Shown here in pieces: positions 41,693 to 52,199 of a DNA stretch of 64,000 bases; positions within the stretch are counted from its first letter, which is position 1, and every line of letters starts with the position of its first letter. Both the position numbers and the translations under genes were made by a program. Below the pieces are notes generated by a model. It was not told the DNA's origin, made no database searches, and was given only the letters and a program-made list of their open reading frames with translations. The stretch comes from a bacterium (GTDB taxonomy: Bacteria; AUK180): assembly GCA_023133295.1 (NCBI GenBank), contig JAGLWT010000133.1:5054-69053 (forward strand), read 5' to 3'.

Positions 41693-42747
41693 TATATGTT
41701 CTCAACAGATATCCTTATTATTCTCAGACATTCATAAAAGATGAAATAGAGCATTTCAAACGCTTAACAAAGACCGTCGTCTTTTCTCTAAATGATTTCC
41801 GGCATCTGCCGGAGATGATCCCGTCCTCATCCAGAGAGCTCTCTGTTCTGCTCAAGCTGGGAATGAAAACTATAACAGGATCTGTCTCCCTGCGCGAACT
41901 CCTGCTTTCGCTCTACTCCATATTTTTCGGGATCTATCTCTCAAAGAATATATGTAAAAATGATATTCTGCGGGTTCACCTGCCGAAATTCAACGGATTG
42001 GCCGCATTGACCGCTATTATGATAAAGGGGGCCTCATTGATACCGGTATTTCACTCCTTTGCTCTATTTACACATAACACTTTTATCAAAGAGATATGTG
42101 AGAAGAGTAAAAGCGTTGAGACCATTTCAGAATACAATGTGAAGAAGCTCACAAGGTTCACAAAAGGAAAGATCGCTCTGATACGCTGTGGTATCGATAC
42201 GGAAAAAATAGTACCCGTAAAAACAATAAAAAGAGATCATCTCATATTTGTCGGAAGAATGCACCCCACGAAAGGGATCGTACGGCTATTTCGCATGCTC
42301 TCAGACACGGCGATACCCATCAAATTGGTGGGCGGTGGAAATATCAGAAAATATAAGAAACTAGCGGAGAAATTAAATGTCTCCGCCAAATTTACAGGAG
42401 CATTGCCCCATGACGATGTACTCGAATTAATTAAGAGGTCAGCCGGATTGATCCTGCTCGCGCAAATAGCGTCTGACGGCGACAGGGACGGGATACCGAT
42501 AGTGTTGATGGAAGCGATGGCAATGGGCATTCCTGTTATTGCAACCGCTCTTTCAGGGATCCCCGAATTGGTGGAAAATGGCGTTTCCGGTTTCCTTTTT
42601 GATACCGTCGAAGAGGGGAGGAAGGTATGCCTGAATGTTTTTAACAACGGCGTGCCCAGCAGCATCATATCCAATGCCAGAGAAAGGATATTGAGGGAGT
42701 TTCACGGGAATGCTAATTTGAAGAAGAAGGAGAGGGATCTGCTGTGA
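41686..42747 (+). CDS. Glycosyltransferase family 4 (GT-B, glycosyl transferases group 1)
   Basis: 353 aa. C-terminal GT4 block GIPIVLMEAMAMGIPVIATALSGIPELVENGVSGFLF. Confidence 0.7.
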   Translation: MLIYVLNRYPYYSQTFIKDEIEHFKRLTKTVVFSLNDFRHLPEMIPSSSRELSVLLKLGMKTITGSVSLRELLLSLYSIFFGIYLSKNICKNDILRVHLPKFNGLAALTAIMIKGASLIPVFHSFALFTHNTFIKEICEKSKSVETISEYNVKKLTRFTKGKIALIRCGIDTEKIVPVKTIKRDHLIFVGRMHPTKGIVRLFRMLSDTAIPIKLVGGGNIRKYKKLAEKLNVSAKFTGALPHDDVLELIKRSAGLILLAQIASDGDRDGIPIVLMEAMAMGIPVIATALSGIPELVENGVSGFLFDTVEEGRKVCLNVFNNGVPSSIISNARERILREFHGNANLKKKERDLL

Positions 42748-43766
42748 AAGTACTTTTTGTTATTGACTCATTATCCATCGGCGGCGCGGAAAGAGTCGTT
42801 ATCAATCTCGCTCAATATTTCAAAAAGAAAGGCGACGAACCCATTATAATCACATTGAGGCCAGAGAATCACTTCTCTCGGGAATTGGGTGATATTCGTG
42901 TTTATTGCTTGAATAAAAAACACCGAGTCGATCTTGGCTTCTTTTTTCAACTCAAGAAACTCATAAAGGAACTCACGCCTGATATCATCAACGCTCACCT
43001 CTTCACCTCCGCATTGTGGACCAGAGCGGCCATCACAGGGATGAAAAATGCGCCGCCGGTCTTCGTTACATATCACAATGTCCTGTGGAATGAAAAATGG
43101 TACACGCCGATCCACAAAGCCGCAAATAAATTTCTACATAGAAAAACACGGGAGCATATATTCGTTTCCGAGGATGTCCGATCATTTTATCGTAAAGCCG
43201 AAGGGCTGGAAGGGAAAGTAATATATAATGGAATAGATACCGATAAATACTCTTTCACCTCGGATGCGAAGTCCGGGAAAAAATTACTCTTTGTCGGAAG
43301 ACTGATAGAGCGAAAAGGGGTGAGGGATCTCTTTGAGATATTCAAGCGACTGCCGGAGGAATATTCACTCACCATTTGCGGCGTTGGGCCTATGGAAAAA
43401 CTCGTGCGGGAAAAAACCGGCGCGAGGATCGCATTTTTCTCAACGCAGGAAACAGCAAAGCTTTATCATGAACATGATATACTCCTTCTGCCGTCGTACT
43501 GGGAGGGATTTGCCCTGGTCGTGCTTGAGGCCATTTCTTCCGGGCTGCCGGTAACCGCATATCACGCCCCGGGGCTTATCGACCATCCCCTGAAAGAGTT
43601 CATCTCCTTTGTGAAAGTGGGAGACATTGAGGGATTTGTTGAAAATATTCTTCGTTTCGGGTACAATAAAGAACTTGCAGAGAAGGGAAGGGAATTGATA
43701 TCACGAGATTTTTCGATCGCTACAATGGGCAAGAATTATCGGGAGCTGTTTATATATAAATGTTGA
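42744..43766 (+). CDS. Glycosyltransferase family 4
   Basis: 340 aa. N-terminal GGAERVV and C-terminal EGFALVVLEAISSGLPVTAYHAPGL blocks. 4-nt overlap with the preceding gene. Confidence 0.7.
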   Translation: MKVLFVIDSLSIGGAERVVINLAQYFKKKGDEPIIITLRPENHFSRELGDIRVYCLNKKHRVDLGFFFQLKKLIKELTPDIINAHLFTSALWTRAAITGMKNAPPVFVTYHNVLWNEKWYTPIHKAANKFLHRKTREHIFVSEDVRSFYRKAEGLEGKVIYNGIDTDKYSFTSDAKSGKKLLFVGRLIERKGVRDLFEIFKRLPEEYSLTICGVGPMEKLVREKTGARIAFFSTQETAKLYHEHDILLLPSYWEGFALVVLEAISSGLPVTAYHAPGLIDHPLKEFISFVKVGDIEGFVENILRFGYNKELAEKGRELISRDFSIATMGKNYRELFIYKC

Positions 43767-44854
43767 CCATACTGTTTTTCATCTTTCTTTTTCCTGTTTT
43801 TCACCATTATGCGGGATTCCCGCTCTCTATGCTGATCCTGAACATACTGAAAAAAGAGAAGAACTGGAAAAAGCTTAATTACATTCCAAGTGTTTCTATC
43901 ATCGTGGTTACAAGAAACGGTGAAGCATCCATCGCCCCGAGAATAGAAAATATTTTAGCATCAGATTATCCTGAGGATAAAATAGAAGTGATCGTCATGT
44001 CGGACAACTCCGAAGACAATACCGTCGAGATATTGAAAAAATACCCAAAGGTCAGAAGCTTCCAGTCAAACAAGCGCGTCGGCAAAGCAGCATTACTGAA
44101 TAAGGCCGTCAAGACAGCAACGGGAAAGATCCTGGTATTCACGGATGACAATACCGAGTTTGACAAAGAGAACATCAGAGAACTGGTCAAACCTTTTTAT
44201 TACCATGACATCAGCGCGGTATGCGGAAAGCTTATTCTGAAGGGCAAAAATCATTTCGAAGCGCTCTATTGGAACATGGAATCATTTTATAGATCCGTTG
44301 AAGGGAAGTTCAACTGCGTTATCGGGGCTAACGGCGCGAACTATGCCGTCAGAAGAGAGATCTACACCCCGCTTCCGGAAGACCGCCTTATCATGGATGA
44401 CTTTATCAATACCATGAATATTCTTTCCCAAGCCGGGAACATGGTATATAACCGAGCTGCCTTTGCTTTCGAAGAGCACGGTTCCGGGCTGTCAAGGGAA
44501 TTTGAACGAAAAGCCCGTATAGGGCGCGGAAATGCCAATGCATTGCCATATATATGGAAGATGTTGCGGGGAAGTAAAAAGATCCTGGCGGCGTATTTCA
44601 TGATCTCTCATAAGATACTGCGCTGGTTTATGCCGCCAATTCTCATTATTCTCTTTATTATCAGCGGACTGTTCTCCATGGAAGAGTTTGATCTGATTAC
44701 ACTCTTTTTTCTACTCCAGGCAACTGCTTATATATTTGGAGGTGTCGTTTACTTTATGAAGAAGCCTATTTCCATTATTTTCTGGAGCAGCTTCGCGCTG
44801 TTTTTTGGAATGATCGTAAATCCGAAAAAGAAAGTTCCCTATTGGGATGTGTGA
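43760..44854 (+). CDS. Glycosyltransferase family 2 with C-terminal transmembrane segments
   Basis: 364 aa. SIIVVTRNGEASIAPRIENIL ... DKIEVIVMSDNSEDNT (GT2 N-terminus), a DDN/DxD region (VFTDDNTEF), and 3-4 C-terminal TM helices. Confidence 0.7.
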   Translation: MLTILFFIFLFPVFHHYAGFPLSMLILNILKKEKNWKKLNYIPSVSIIVVTRNGEASIAPRIENILASDYPEDKIEVIVMSDNSEDNTVEILKKYPKVRSFQSNKRVGKAALLNKAVKTATGKILVFTDDNTEFDKENIRELVKPFYYHDISAVCGKLILKGKNHFEALYWNMESFYRSVEGKFNCVIGANGANYAVRREIYTPLPEDRLIMDDFINTMNILSQAGNMVYNRAAFAFEEHGSGLSREFERKARIGRGNANALPYIWKMLRGSKKILAAYFMISHKILRWFMPPILIILFIISGLFSMEEFDLITLFFLLQATAYIFGGVVYFMKKPISIIFWSSFALFFGMIVNPKKKVPYWDV

Positions 44855-46162
44855 TCATTTCTCTGAAATAGTACTTTTGACCCCTTTTGCGCTGAGCTCT
44901 TCTTTAAGCTGAGCGGCGGGCGTCTTATCTTCAAAATTAAAGGTCATTTTGTATCCGGCAGGTGTTTCAAGAATATTTCCGCCATGTTTTTCCATAAGAG
45001 GCTCGAGAACTCCCAATTGATCATCATTCAGGACAGCTGTCTCAACCACAAATTCCTTTTTTGTCATATCTCCGAGAATATCATCCTTATCGGTTGAGAA
45101 AAGATCGTCAAGATCAATATCTTCTTTATCAGTTTCTTTTCCTTTCTCTATTTCTTTTTCTTTTTTAGGAACCTTATCATCACCCACCACCGTTTTTTTG
45201 TAAATGAAGAAATAATATGAAGCAGCGGCAGCAACGATAACGATGGAAATTATCAATATCGCGGCAAGAGGTGATCTTTTCTTCTTAATTTGATCGATTT
45301 CGTCATATTCCTCTTCTGTCTCTTCCTCTAGGTCTTCTTCAAGATCAGCGTCTTCCAATACTTCTTTCTCATATTCTTCGGTGAGGGTCGGCGTAAGTTC
45401 TTGATTAGCCGTCGACAAGCCGTCCTCAATAGCGGAAGGAGGTGGCTCTATCTCTCCCGTCTCTTCCTGTGGAATGGGTTGTGGGGCGGGAGTGTTCTCC
45501 ATATGTGCCATTTCATCTTCAAAACTCGAAGCTATCGTATCCTCTTCTTCCTTAGGCTCTTCCGGAGGCTCAGGAGGTAGGTCGGATTCCACGGTTGCCT
45601 CATAGAGGTCTTCCTGGCCATCCTCAATGAGAACGCCCCACGAAGAGGTTACACCCTGGTCATCTCCTTCAGGGGAATCTTCCAGAATCGCTGTGGGTTC
45701 ATTGCCGGTTTTTGCGACATCCACGGGGTCGGGGTCTTCCTCAGCACCCGCGGGAGCCATCACTTCGGTTTGAGTATCTTCTTCAACATCAAATTCTGTC
45801 TCATAGGGCTTGGTCTCGCCCCCGGCTCCACCATCGCCTTCAGCCCCTTCAATAAGATCATACCATTTGGATTCCGTGGCGACCTTCCCGCCGATCTGAA
45901 TGACGATGCGAATCTCACAGGGGAAATCACCGCCGATGGGAACCTCCAATGGAATAATAAATTCATTTTCTTTATTTGCCCCGATAAATAATTCGAAGTC
46001 CTGCGTTAGAAGGTTCTGTCCATCCTTCTCGCGGAAGATCAGGGAGACGGTTGCGTCCTGGCCCTTTTTATCCTTGTTTTTCAGTGTAACACCCACCTTA
46101 TCCACTTCCAGGACTTCCTGATTGGAATAAATGGGATTAACCTTCAGAACTTCTATCATCAT
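44855..46162 (-). CDS. Bitopic membrane protein with a long acidic low-complexity linker and a C-terminal SPOR-like (peptidoglycan-binding) domain
   Basis: 435 aa. A central E/D/P-rich linker, one TM (LAAILIISIVIVAAAASYYFFIY), and a C-terminal ~75 aa (KEFVVETAVLNDDQLGVLEPLMEKHGGNILETPAGYKMTFNFEDKTPAAQLKEEL) resembling SPOR domains of FtsN/DedD-like proteins. Confidence 0.45.
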   Translation of the reverse strand: MMIEVLKVNPIYSNQEVLEVDKVGVTLKNKDKKGQDATVSLIFREKDGQNLLTQDFELFIGANKENEFIIPLEVPIGGDFPCEIRIVIQIGGKVATESKWYDLIEGAEGDGGAGGETKPYETEFDVEEDTQTEVMAPAGAEEDPDPVDVAKTGNEPTAILEDSPEGDDQGVTSSWGVLIEDGQEDLYEATVESDLPPEPPEEPKEEEDTIASSFEDEMAHMENTPAPQPIPQEETGEIEPPPSAIEDGLSTANQELTPTLTEEYEKEVLEDADLEEDLEEETEEEYDEIDQIKKKRSPLAAILIISIVIVAAAASYYFFIYKKTVVGDDKVPKKEKEIEKGKETDKEDIDLDDLFSTDKDDILGDMTKKEFVVETAVLNDDQLGVLEPLMEKHGGNILETPAGYKMTFNFEDKTPAAQLKEELSAKGVKSTISEK

Positions 46163-46200
46163 ACCTCTATTTTACATTTTATCAAATTTCAATACACTAA

Positions 46201-47994
46201 TCAAAAAACAAAGTCTTTTATGGAAGAGAGTTCGTCCTTGAACGAATTGACAATGTATTCCCTTACATCAAGGGAAGACTCTAATTCCAGGATCAATGGA
46301 AGATGGTCAGCTATATTCTTCAATTCCATCGATGAGATCAATTTTTTGATTACCGGGATCTTCCAGGGCACCATGGAGAATATCCGCATGCCCAGGATCA
46401 GAAGAACGATGAACTCGATTGGGTTCGATGCCATTTCCCCGCAGACAGAGACCTCGACATCTTTGTTTTCAACATTGTCTGCAAGAAGCTTCAGGATTTT
46501 CAAGACAGACGGTTCTAATCCGGAATACAAATAGCTTACCTTCTCATTTCCCCTGTCCACCGCCAATGTGTACTGTATCAGGTCATTTGTCCCAACAGAG
46601 AAAAAATCAACATATTTGGCCATTTTATCCGCAAGAAGCACCGCAGAAGGGATCTCTATCATAATGCCGAATCTATATTTTTGCAGTTCGACGCCGGCGT
46701 CAATTAATTCCTTTTCGAGATCTTTCAGAATGTCTTTGATCCTCTTTATCTCATCAATATTTGTGATCATAGGGATCAGAATGGAAAGATTTCCACTGCA
46801 ATTCGCCTTCAACGCTGCTTTCAATTGAATGCGAAGCAAGGATTCATTAGCCAGCTGGAAACGTATAGCGCGCCAGCCCAGAAATGGGTTATCCTCCTTT
46901 CTCAATTCGATCTCATTTATCATTTTGTCGCCGCCGACATCAAATGTTCGAACGGTCACCGGTAAATTCTCATTTGCTGACAGTACCTTTCTGTAGTAAT
47001 TGAATTGTTTCTTTTCCGTTGGAAATGCAGCGGACGTATCTACCAAGAACTCGGTTCTGAAAAGTCCGATCCCTTCGGCATTGTATTTTTTCACAAGAGG
47101 AAGTTCTTCCACTATCTCTATATTGGCTTGTATCCCGATCTTGACCCCGTCCTTTGAGATCGGCTTACATTCATTTAATTTGTCAAGGAGTTTAAGGCGG
47201 TGTTGAAAAAGCTCATACTCCTCCTCGTAGATCTTCCTGATCTTATCGGAGGGAGTGAATATGCAGTACCCGCGGAGGCCGTCTAGTATAAGCAGATCAC
47301 TGCTCTTGATCCGATTATGTGCGTCCGTTACCATACTGACCGCGGGAATATTCAATGATCTGGCGACGATCGCCGCATGTGATGTATATCCGCTTCGCGA
47401 TATGACAAACCCGAGAACCTTCTCTTTATCAAGTCGGGCCAGATCGGTGAGTGTTAGAAATTCAGCCACTATGATAACCGGATCCAAAAGGCAAAAATCT
47501 TCGCCGGACCCCAGTTCAGCCAAGCCGTCTATTATTAGATGCGCGGCCTCATAGATATCATTTGCGCGCTCTGAAATATACAAATTGCGGATCTTTGAGA
47601 GTTTGATCTTCCAATTATTCGCGGTAACTTTGATGGAATATTCTGCATTCACTCTTTTCAATTTTATATTATCCACTATTTCTCCGATAAAGAGCGGGTC
47701 GGTAAGCAGAGCGGATTGTGCGTCAAAGATCTGTAATGTTTCCATATCTAGATTTTCATTGAGATTTTCTTTCATTTCCACGACCTTTTTCTTGGCATTA
47801 TCCAAGGCATGGTAGAATCTGTCGATCTCATCTGATATTTCCTCATAATTAAGCTTACGGGCAAAGTTGTTTTCTTCCGATTTGACCAGTACATATGCTC
47901 TTCCCGTAGATATACCCGGAGATATTGCAAGGCCTTTTATTACTTGCTCTGTTTTCAAGTGCTCATCAATATTCATTCTACTCCTCTTTTGCAA
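46201..47994 (-). CDS. ptsI: Phosphoenolpyruvate-protein phosphotransferase (PTS enzyme I)
   Basis: 597 aa with an N-terminal HPr-binding/phosphohistidine domain and a C-terminal PEP-utilising domain (GLFRTEFLV, VRTFDVGGDK, KPLSICGEMA-type motifs, here VSVCGEMASNP). Confidence 0.85.
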   Translation of the reverse strand: MQKRSRMNIDEHLKTEQVIKGLAISPGISTGRAYVLVKSEENNFARKLNYEEISDEIDRFYHALDNAKKKVVEMKENLNENLDMETLQIFDAQSALLTDPLFIGEIVDNIKLKRVNAEYSIKVTANNWKIKLSKIRNLYISERANDIYEAAHLIIDGLAELGSGEDFCLLDPVIIVAEFLTLTDLARLDKEKVLGFVISRSGYTSHAAIVARSLNIPAVSMVTDAHNRIKSSDLLILDGLRGYCIFTPSDKIRKIYEEEYELFQHRLKLLDKLNECKPISKDGVKIGIQANIEIVEELPLVKKYNAEGIGLFRTEFLVDTSAAFPTEKKQFNYYRKVLSANENLPVTVRTFDVGGDKMINEIELRKEDNPFLGWRAIRFQLANESLLRIQLKAALKANCSGNLSILIPMITNIDEIKRIKDILKDLEKELIDAGVELQKYRFGIMIEIPSAVLLADKMAKYVDFFSVGTNDLIQYTLAVDRGNEKVSYLYSGLEPSVLKILKLLADNVENKDVEVSVCGEMASNPIEFIVLLILGMRIFSMVPWKIPVIKKLISSMELKNIADHLPLILELESSLDVREYIVNSFKDELSSIKDFVF

Positions 47995-48235
47995 AGAATT
48001 CTTCCAATTGTTCGAAAAATTTCTCCTCGTCGATCCCGGAAAGACGGATCTTTACCCTGGCGCCGCTTTCGATTCCCAGGGACAGCAATCCCAGAATTGA
48101 CTTCGCGTTGACCTCAATATCATCTTTTACCAGGAGGACCTCGCCTTTAAATACACTGGTCAATTTGACAAATTCGGTGGCTGGCCGAAGATGAAGACCG
48201 TGTTGATTCATTACAGTGAACATTCTTTCATTCAT
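47978..48235 (-). CDS. ptsH: Phosphocarrier protein HPr
   Basis: 85 aa. The active-site His is in GLHLRPATEF. The regulatory Ser region KSILGLLSLG (a target for HprK) is present. Confidence 0.85.
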   Translation of the reverse strand: MNERMFTVMNQHGLHLRPATEFVKLTSVFKGEVLLVKDDIEVNAKSILGLLSLGIESGARVKIRLSGIDEEKFFEQLEEFFAKEE

Positions 48236-48993
48236 ATTATTCCCCAGGTTACTAGTAATACCGCGACGGCCAGATTAAACAGAAATACCGCCCATTCCCT
48301 TCTTATGTATTTGATCACAAGGTAATCCGCGATCATAAAAAATATAAAGATATAGAACCAGATAGATGTTTTGACATCGGTCATCTCAAATACCTTGGAA
48401 AGAACAAGTGAAAAGGACACAACAAAGAGCAAATATGACGAGTAATTAAGTGTTTTCTCGAAAAAATAGAACTTTTTTGTAAATTTGAACGCCAGTCGGC
48501 CATGGCGAAAAGTTCTTTTGAATCCGCCCATTCTATAATAAAAGTGTACATAATTAAAGAATGCCAATCCGATGGCCAGAGCGACAAAGACCGTCCCTTT
48601 GAAACCCTCGACCAAGAGTGCTACAGATAGCGTGCAGAATGCAATAAGGAATGTTCGGAGATTGAACCAGAAAAAGGAATCACCAATGGAAGCGAGAGGG
48701 GCCATCAGTGAATTTCTCATTGAAACGATCTTTGCTTCATCCTCATTGAGAAGAAGCATTTTTGAGTGGAGAGCCAATATATACGAACTCATATAGGGTT
48801 GAGTGTTGAAATAGCTCCATTCCTTTATCAATCTTTGTTTCATTTCTTCCTTACCGAAGAGGAATCTATATACAGGTATGATCGCATAAAGGTAGCCGTA
48901 TAATTGCATGTATTTGTAGCTCCAGAGATTTTGGACGGAAAGCATTCTCCTCACAACCTTTTTCAATACACGGTTGAGCCCGATCTTACCCAT
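48232..48993 (-). CDS. PTS mannose/fructose/sorbose-family IID component
   Basis: 253 aa. WSYKYMQLYGYLYAIIPVYRFLF ... EWSYFNTQPYMSSYILAL matches the IID N-terminal signature (W.fErmQ ... fFNThP). Confidence 0.65.
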   Translation of the reverse strand: MGKIGLNRVLKKVVRRMLSVQNLWSYKYMQLYGYLYAIIPVYRFLFGKEEMKQRLIKEWSYFNTQPYMSSYILALHSKMLLLNEDEAKIVSMRNSLMAPLASIGDSFFWFNLRTFLIAFCTLSVALLVEGFKGTVFVALAIGLAFFNYVHFYYRMGGFKRTFRHGRLAFKFTKKFYFFEKTLNYSSYLLFVVSFSLVLSKVFEMTDVKTSIWFYIFIFFMIADYLVIKYIRREWAVFLFNLAVAVLLVTWGII

Positions 48994-49792
48994 TCCTCAC
49001 TCCTTTGCCTTCTTTTATCAAAAACACAATAAATAAGAGTACTGTCAATAGATTCCAAAGAGGACTTATCCCGGACAACAGTGTTAATATTATGAGAAGC
49101 AGGGCCGGATATATGGGAAGATCGTTCCTTCTCAATTTTCTGAAAATATTCAAAGCTATCTTCGCGACAAAACCCACGATGAAGATAATAAATATCAGAT
49201 TCAACTCGCTTCCGGGTTCAATAAAAGACAGTATTTGTTTAGAAAACAGCACCATCAGAAAAAAGTAGGAATAAAGCTGAATAAAATTTAACGAGAAAAA
49301 GAGAATAAAACCCCATTTGGCCACGGATTCAAAGGTCTTGAACTCCCCTGACAATATATACCTCTTGCTATATTCAACAAGGTAAGAATTGAACTTCCGC
49401 AAGAGAATGTCAAAATATGCGCTTACGAACGATACTAGGATAGCAAGTGATAGAAGCAATACCAAAGAGGTTGCCCAGTTATTTCCATTTATCACGAAAC
49501 CCTGTTTTTTAAGAAAGAGAAGCGCAACTATAAGGAAGTTACCCGAAAGCACTTGATTAGGGACATAGCTGCTTCCGATCGGAAGGGAGAAAAGATAGAA
49601 AAGTTCTAAAACGACAGCGCCGGTAAGGAGGAAGTATCTGAATTCGGGCGGAAGATCAAAGAAAATGGTCAAGATCAGGACGGCAAGGGGAATAAAGATA
49701 ATTGGACGGGACAGCATGAATTGCCCCCATATCAAATTCTCTATTGCCAGCAGGCCGGAAATCAGGGAAAAGACCGTTAATGTGATCATCAT
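48986..49792 (-). CDS. PTS mannose-family IIC component
   Basis: 268 aa polytopic membrane protein. The N-terminus AIENLIWGQFMLSRPIIFIPLAVL resembles the IIC-Man start (m.sRPivvgpl.G). Confidence 0.55.
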   Translation of the reverse strand: MMITLTVFSLISGLLAIENLIWGQFMLSRPIIFIPLAVLILTIFFDLPPEFRYFLLTGAVVLELFYLFSLPIGSSYVPNQVLSGNFLIVALLFLKKQGFVINGNNWATSLVLLLSLAILVSFVSAYFDILLRKFNSYLVEYSKRYILSGEFKTFESVAKWGFILFFSLNFIQLYSYFFLMVLFSKQILSFIEPGSELNLIFIIFIVGFVAKIALNIFRKLRRNDLPIYPALLLIILTLLSGISPLWNLLTVLLFIVFLIKEGKGVRNG

Positions 49793-51705
49793 ATATTAAT
49801 TTCGTACTCTCCCTCATTTATGAAAATATTCACAGAAATCCCCTGAAGAATTTCTTCCACACCGGATTCGGAATTAGAAACAGTGCGTATGGGGTAAGTG
49901 ATCACCCGCCAATCTTCGGGAAATGTAAATTTCAGGGACATGTCAAACGGCTTGTCAAAGAGAATGAGTTTATTTGTGAACAGGTCAGATGTGGCTCCGC
50001 AACAATATACTTCATTCGAAGGAAGAACTTTGATCTTCTCGTCTTCCGAAGATATCGCTACATTCCATTGTTGTACCAATTCCTTACTTTTATCGAGTAT
50101 CTCGTTATTTATTTTAAACCCATCGGATGATACCTTTATTGTTTTTCTTAAAATATCCTCAAGGGAAAACACCAATTCCGAATCACCGATAATTGAACTT
50201 CCATATTTCTCCGAGCCGTAATTGTTTAATATCTTCTCATTTCTGTACATCTCAGCCGCGGTTATACCCGGCGTCACCGAAAGATCCAAGAGAGAGAAGC
50301 GTGGATGGTCGTCATATAGCAATTCTACTTTTTTATCCTTGAGGTAATACCCGTCGTGTATCGTTTTCACGCCGGAGGTATCTGACATATCTATTCGTTT
50401 GTGATAATATTCCTCTTTTCTTGTCATCACAGAAAGAATATTTCTGTTCATCTTGGAGATATCCCATTCATAAATGGTTCCTCCTGATAGTGAGAAATAT
50501 GCAGCGGATCCGACTTTTTCACAGATGATGTCCTTTTCGCCCGGGTTCAGATGTCTTCGTTGATAAATAGTATCTCCAAACTCGGACTGTTTGATAAGGT
50601 ACTCAAAGATCGCATGCCGCAGATGCGGGATGTAAACTCCTCCGAAAACGCCGTGCCAATATGAGCAATTACACTGAGCTCGAAACAGGTCCATCTTTTC
50701 TTCAGGCGGATACTCCTTAAACTTCCGGCTAATTTGCAGCATTCTTCTGAGCATGATATTGATCTCAGGGTACTTCACCGAGAAATTTGACCAGAAGCCG
50801 CCCTTGATGTAGACCTTCTGCTCTTCACCAACATGGTCTTTGAGCTCTCCTAATGCGTCCTGGCCCGAGGGGGAAAGGACCCACTCCATCATTTCCGGAT
50901 AAGAACAGGCGGGAATATTTATCCTTCCCATATTATCCGTATCATTGCTTTGCCCAAAATGGACGGTCTCCAGATCATCAGATTCCCGCAAGGCCGTCAA
51001 GAAATTCCGGAGCCACCCCTTATCGTAGACGAGTTCATGCGTCCCCGGCCAAAGTCCGAACTTTTCACCATCATCCGCCATCGTAATGAGTTTCCCGGGG
51101 AAACGCTTCAGAAACTCCATGACTTCTTCTACCGGGTGAAATGGCATCAGATACCGCAGGGTTTTTGAAATAGGAAATGACTCCACATTTGAATCCAGAT
51201 GTTCCGCATAGAATTTTCCGAAAAGGTCCACCCTGTCAAGGCCTGCGTATTGGAAATGGTACTCATCCAAAGGGATTTGTTTTATTCCTGCAGCCGAAAG
51301 TATTTCAGGGAAATGTGGTTCCCAAACCCTTTCAGCAAGCCAGGCGGCGGATGATACCTTTCCAAAAGTATCTTCCAGTTTTTTACGGTAAAGTGTTATT
51401 TGATCGATCGCATCCTGCCTGGGTATGTTTGAAATTATGGGTTCGTAGTAGGCACCGTTAATGATCTCGACATTTCCTGAATCCACCAGTGCGCGTATAT
51501 CAGAAATATATGACGGCACATGCTTTTCCAGCCATTCGAGCAAGTATCCGCTGAAGTGAAGTGAAAATTTGATTTCCGGAAAGCTGCCCAAGACCTCGAC
51601 CAACGGGCCATAGCTTTTCTCAAAAGCTTCTTTCAGCACAAAGCTGAAATTACCCACCGGCTGATGATTATGAAAGCAAAGGATCAGACGGGTCTTCATG
51701 TGCAA
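49789..51705 (-). CDS. Glycoside hydrolase family 57 protein (alpha-amylase / 4-alpha-glucanotransferase / branching-enzyme-type)
   Basis: 638 aa. An N-terminal CFHNHQPVGNF block (the GH57 HQP motif) and the catalytic region around WLAERVWEP ... are consistent with GH57. Confidence 0.65.
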   Translation of the reverse strand: MHMKTRLILCFHNHQPVGNFSFVLKEAFEKSYGPLVEVLGSFPEIKFSLHFSGYLLEWLEKHVPSYISDIRALVDSGNVEIINGAYYEPIISNIPRQDAIDQITLYRKKLEDTFGKVSSAAWLAERVWEPHFPEILSAAGIKQIPLDEYHFQYAGLDRVDLFGKFYAEHLDSNVESFPISKTLRYLMPFHPVEEVMEFLKRFPGKLITMADDGEKFGLWPGTHELVYDKGWLRNFLTALRESDDLETVHFGQSNDTDNMGRINIPACSYPEMMEWVLSPSGQDALGELKDHVGEEQKVYIKGGFWSNFSVKYPEINIMLRRMLQISRKFKEYPPEEKMDLFRAQCNCSYWHGVFGGVYIPHLRHAIFEYLIKQSEFGDTIYQRRHLNPGEKDIICEKVGSAAYFSLSGGTIYEWDISKMNRNILSVMTRKEEYYHKRIDMSDTSGVKTIHDGYYLKDKKVELLYDDHPRFSLLDLSVTPGITAAEMYRNEKILNNYGSEKYGSSIIGDSELVFSLEDILRKTIKVSSDGFKINNEILDKSKELVQQWNVAISSEDEKIKVLPSNEVYCCGATSDLFTNKLILFDKPFDMSLKFTFPEDWRVITYPIRTVSNSESGVEEILQGISVNIFINEGEYEINI

Positions 51706-52199
51706 CTGCCTTTGACTTTTTCAATAAACTCCGTATCGATCATGATCTTCGCGGAATTACAGGTCAATTGAAGACACAATTTGATCCCCTTATCTATCAT
51801 CTTTTCAAATATCTGTATATCCGAAGTTGATAAGAAGAGATAAGGAAATATCTCCCTTGAATCCTCGCTATAATGCAGGCCGCCGACATTGATCTTTGAA
51901 AAGCACATTCCGCACCCGCTTAAGAGAGCGAAACAATCTTCAACCGAACGGACAAGAAGCATCGAATCGTTCAGATCCAACGAGGGAAGTTTGCTTCTGA
52001 ATTGTTCGTGAGAGAATATATTCAGATGTGTTCCCGGCGGAATAGACATATCCCACAATGATTTTGTAAGAAAATCATTATTTGAGCGATCATCCACAAT
52101 GTACACATTCTTTTTATTAAGCGGCTGCAACCAACCGACATTAACCTGCCCGTGGATCAGTCTGTCGTCAATTCGCAGAGTAAAATTCTTTAATTCCAT
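51696..52199 (-). CDS. PTS mannose/sorbose-family IIB component
   Basis: 167 aa. RIDDRLIHGQV near the N-terminus carries the phosphorylatable His of IIB-Man/Sor. Confidence 0.7.
   Translation of the reverse strand: MELKNFTLRIDDRLIHGQVNVGWLQPLNKKNVYIVDDRSNNDFLTKSLWDMSIPPGTHLNIFSHEQFRSKLPSLDLNDSMLLVRSVEDCFALLSGCGMCFSKINVGGLHYSEDSREIFPYLFLSTSDIQIFEKMIDKGIKLCLQLTCNSAKIMIDTEFIEKVKGSCT

Noticed and set aside
46220-48194. Series of plus-strand ORFs (46220-46534 through 47925-48194) antisense to ptsI/ptsH
   Set aside because: Antisense shadows of a highly conserved enzyme I gene.
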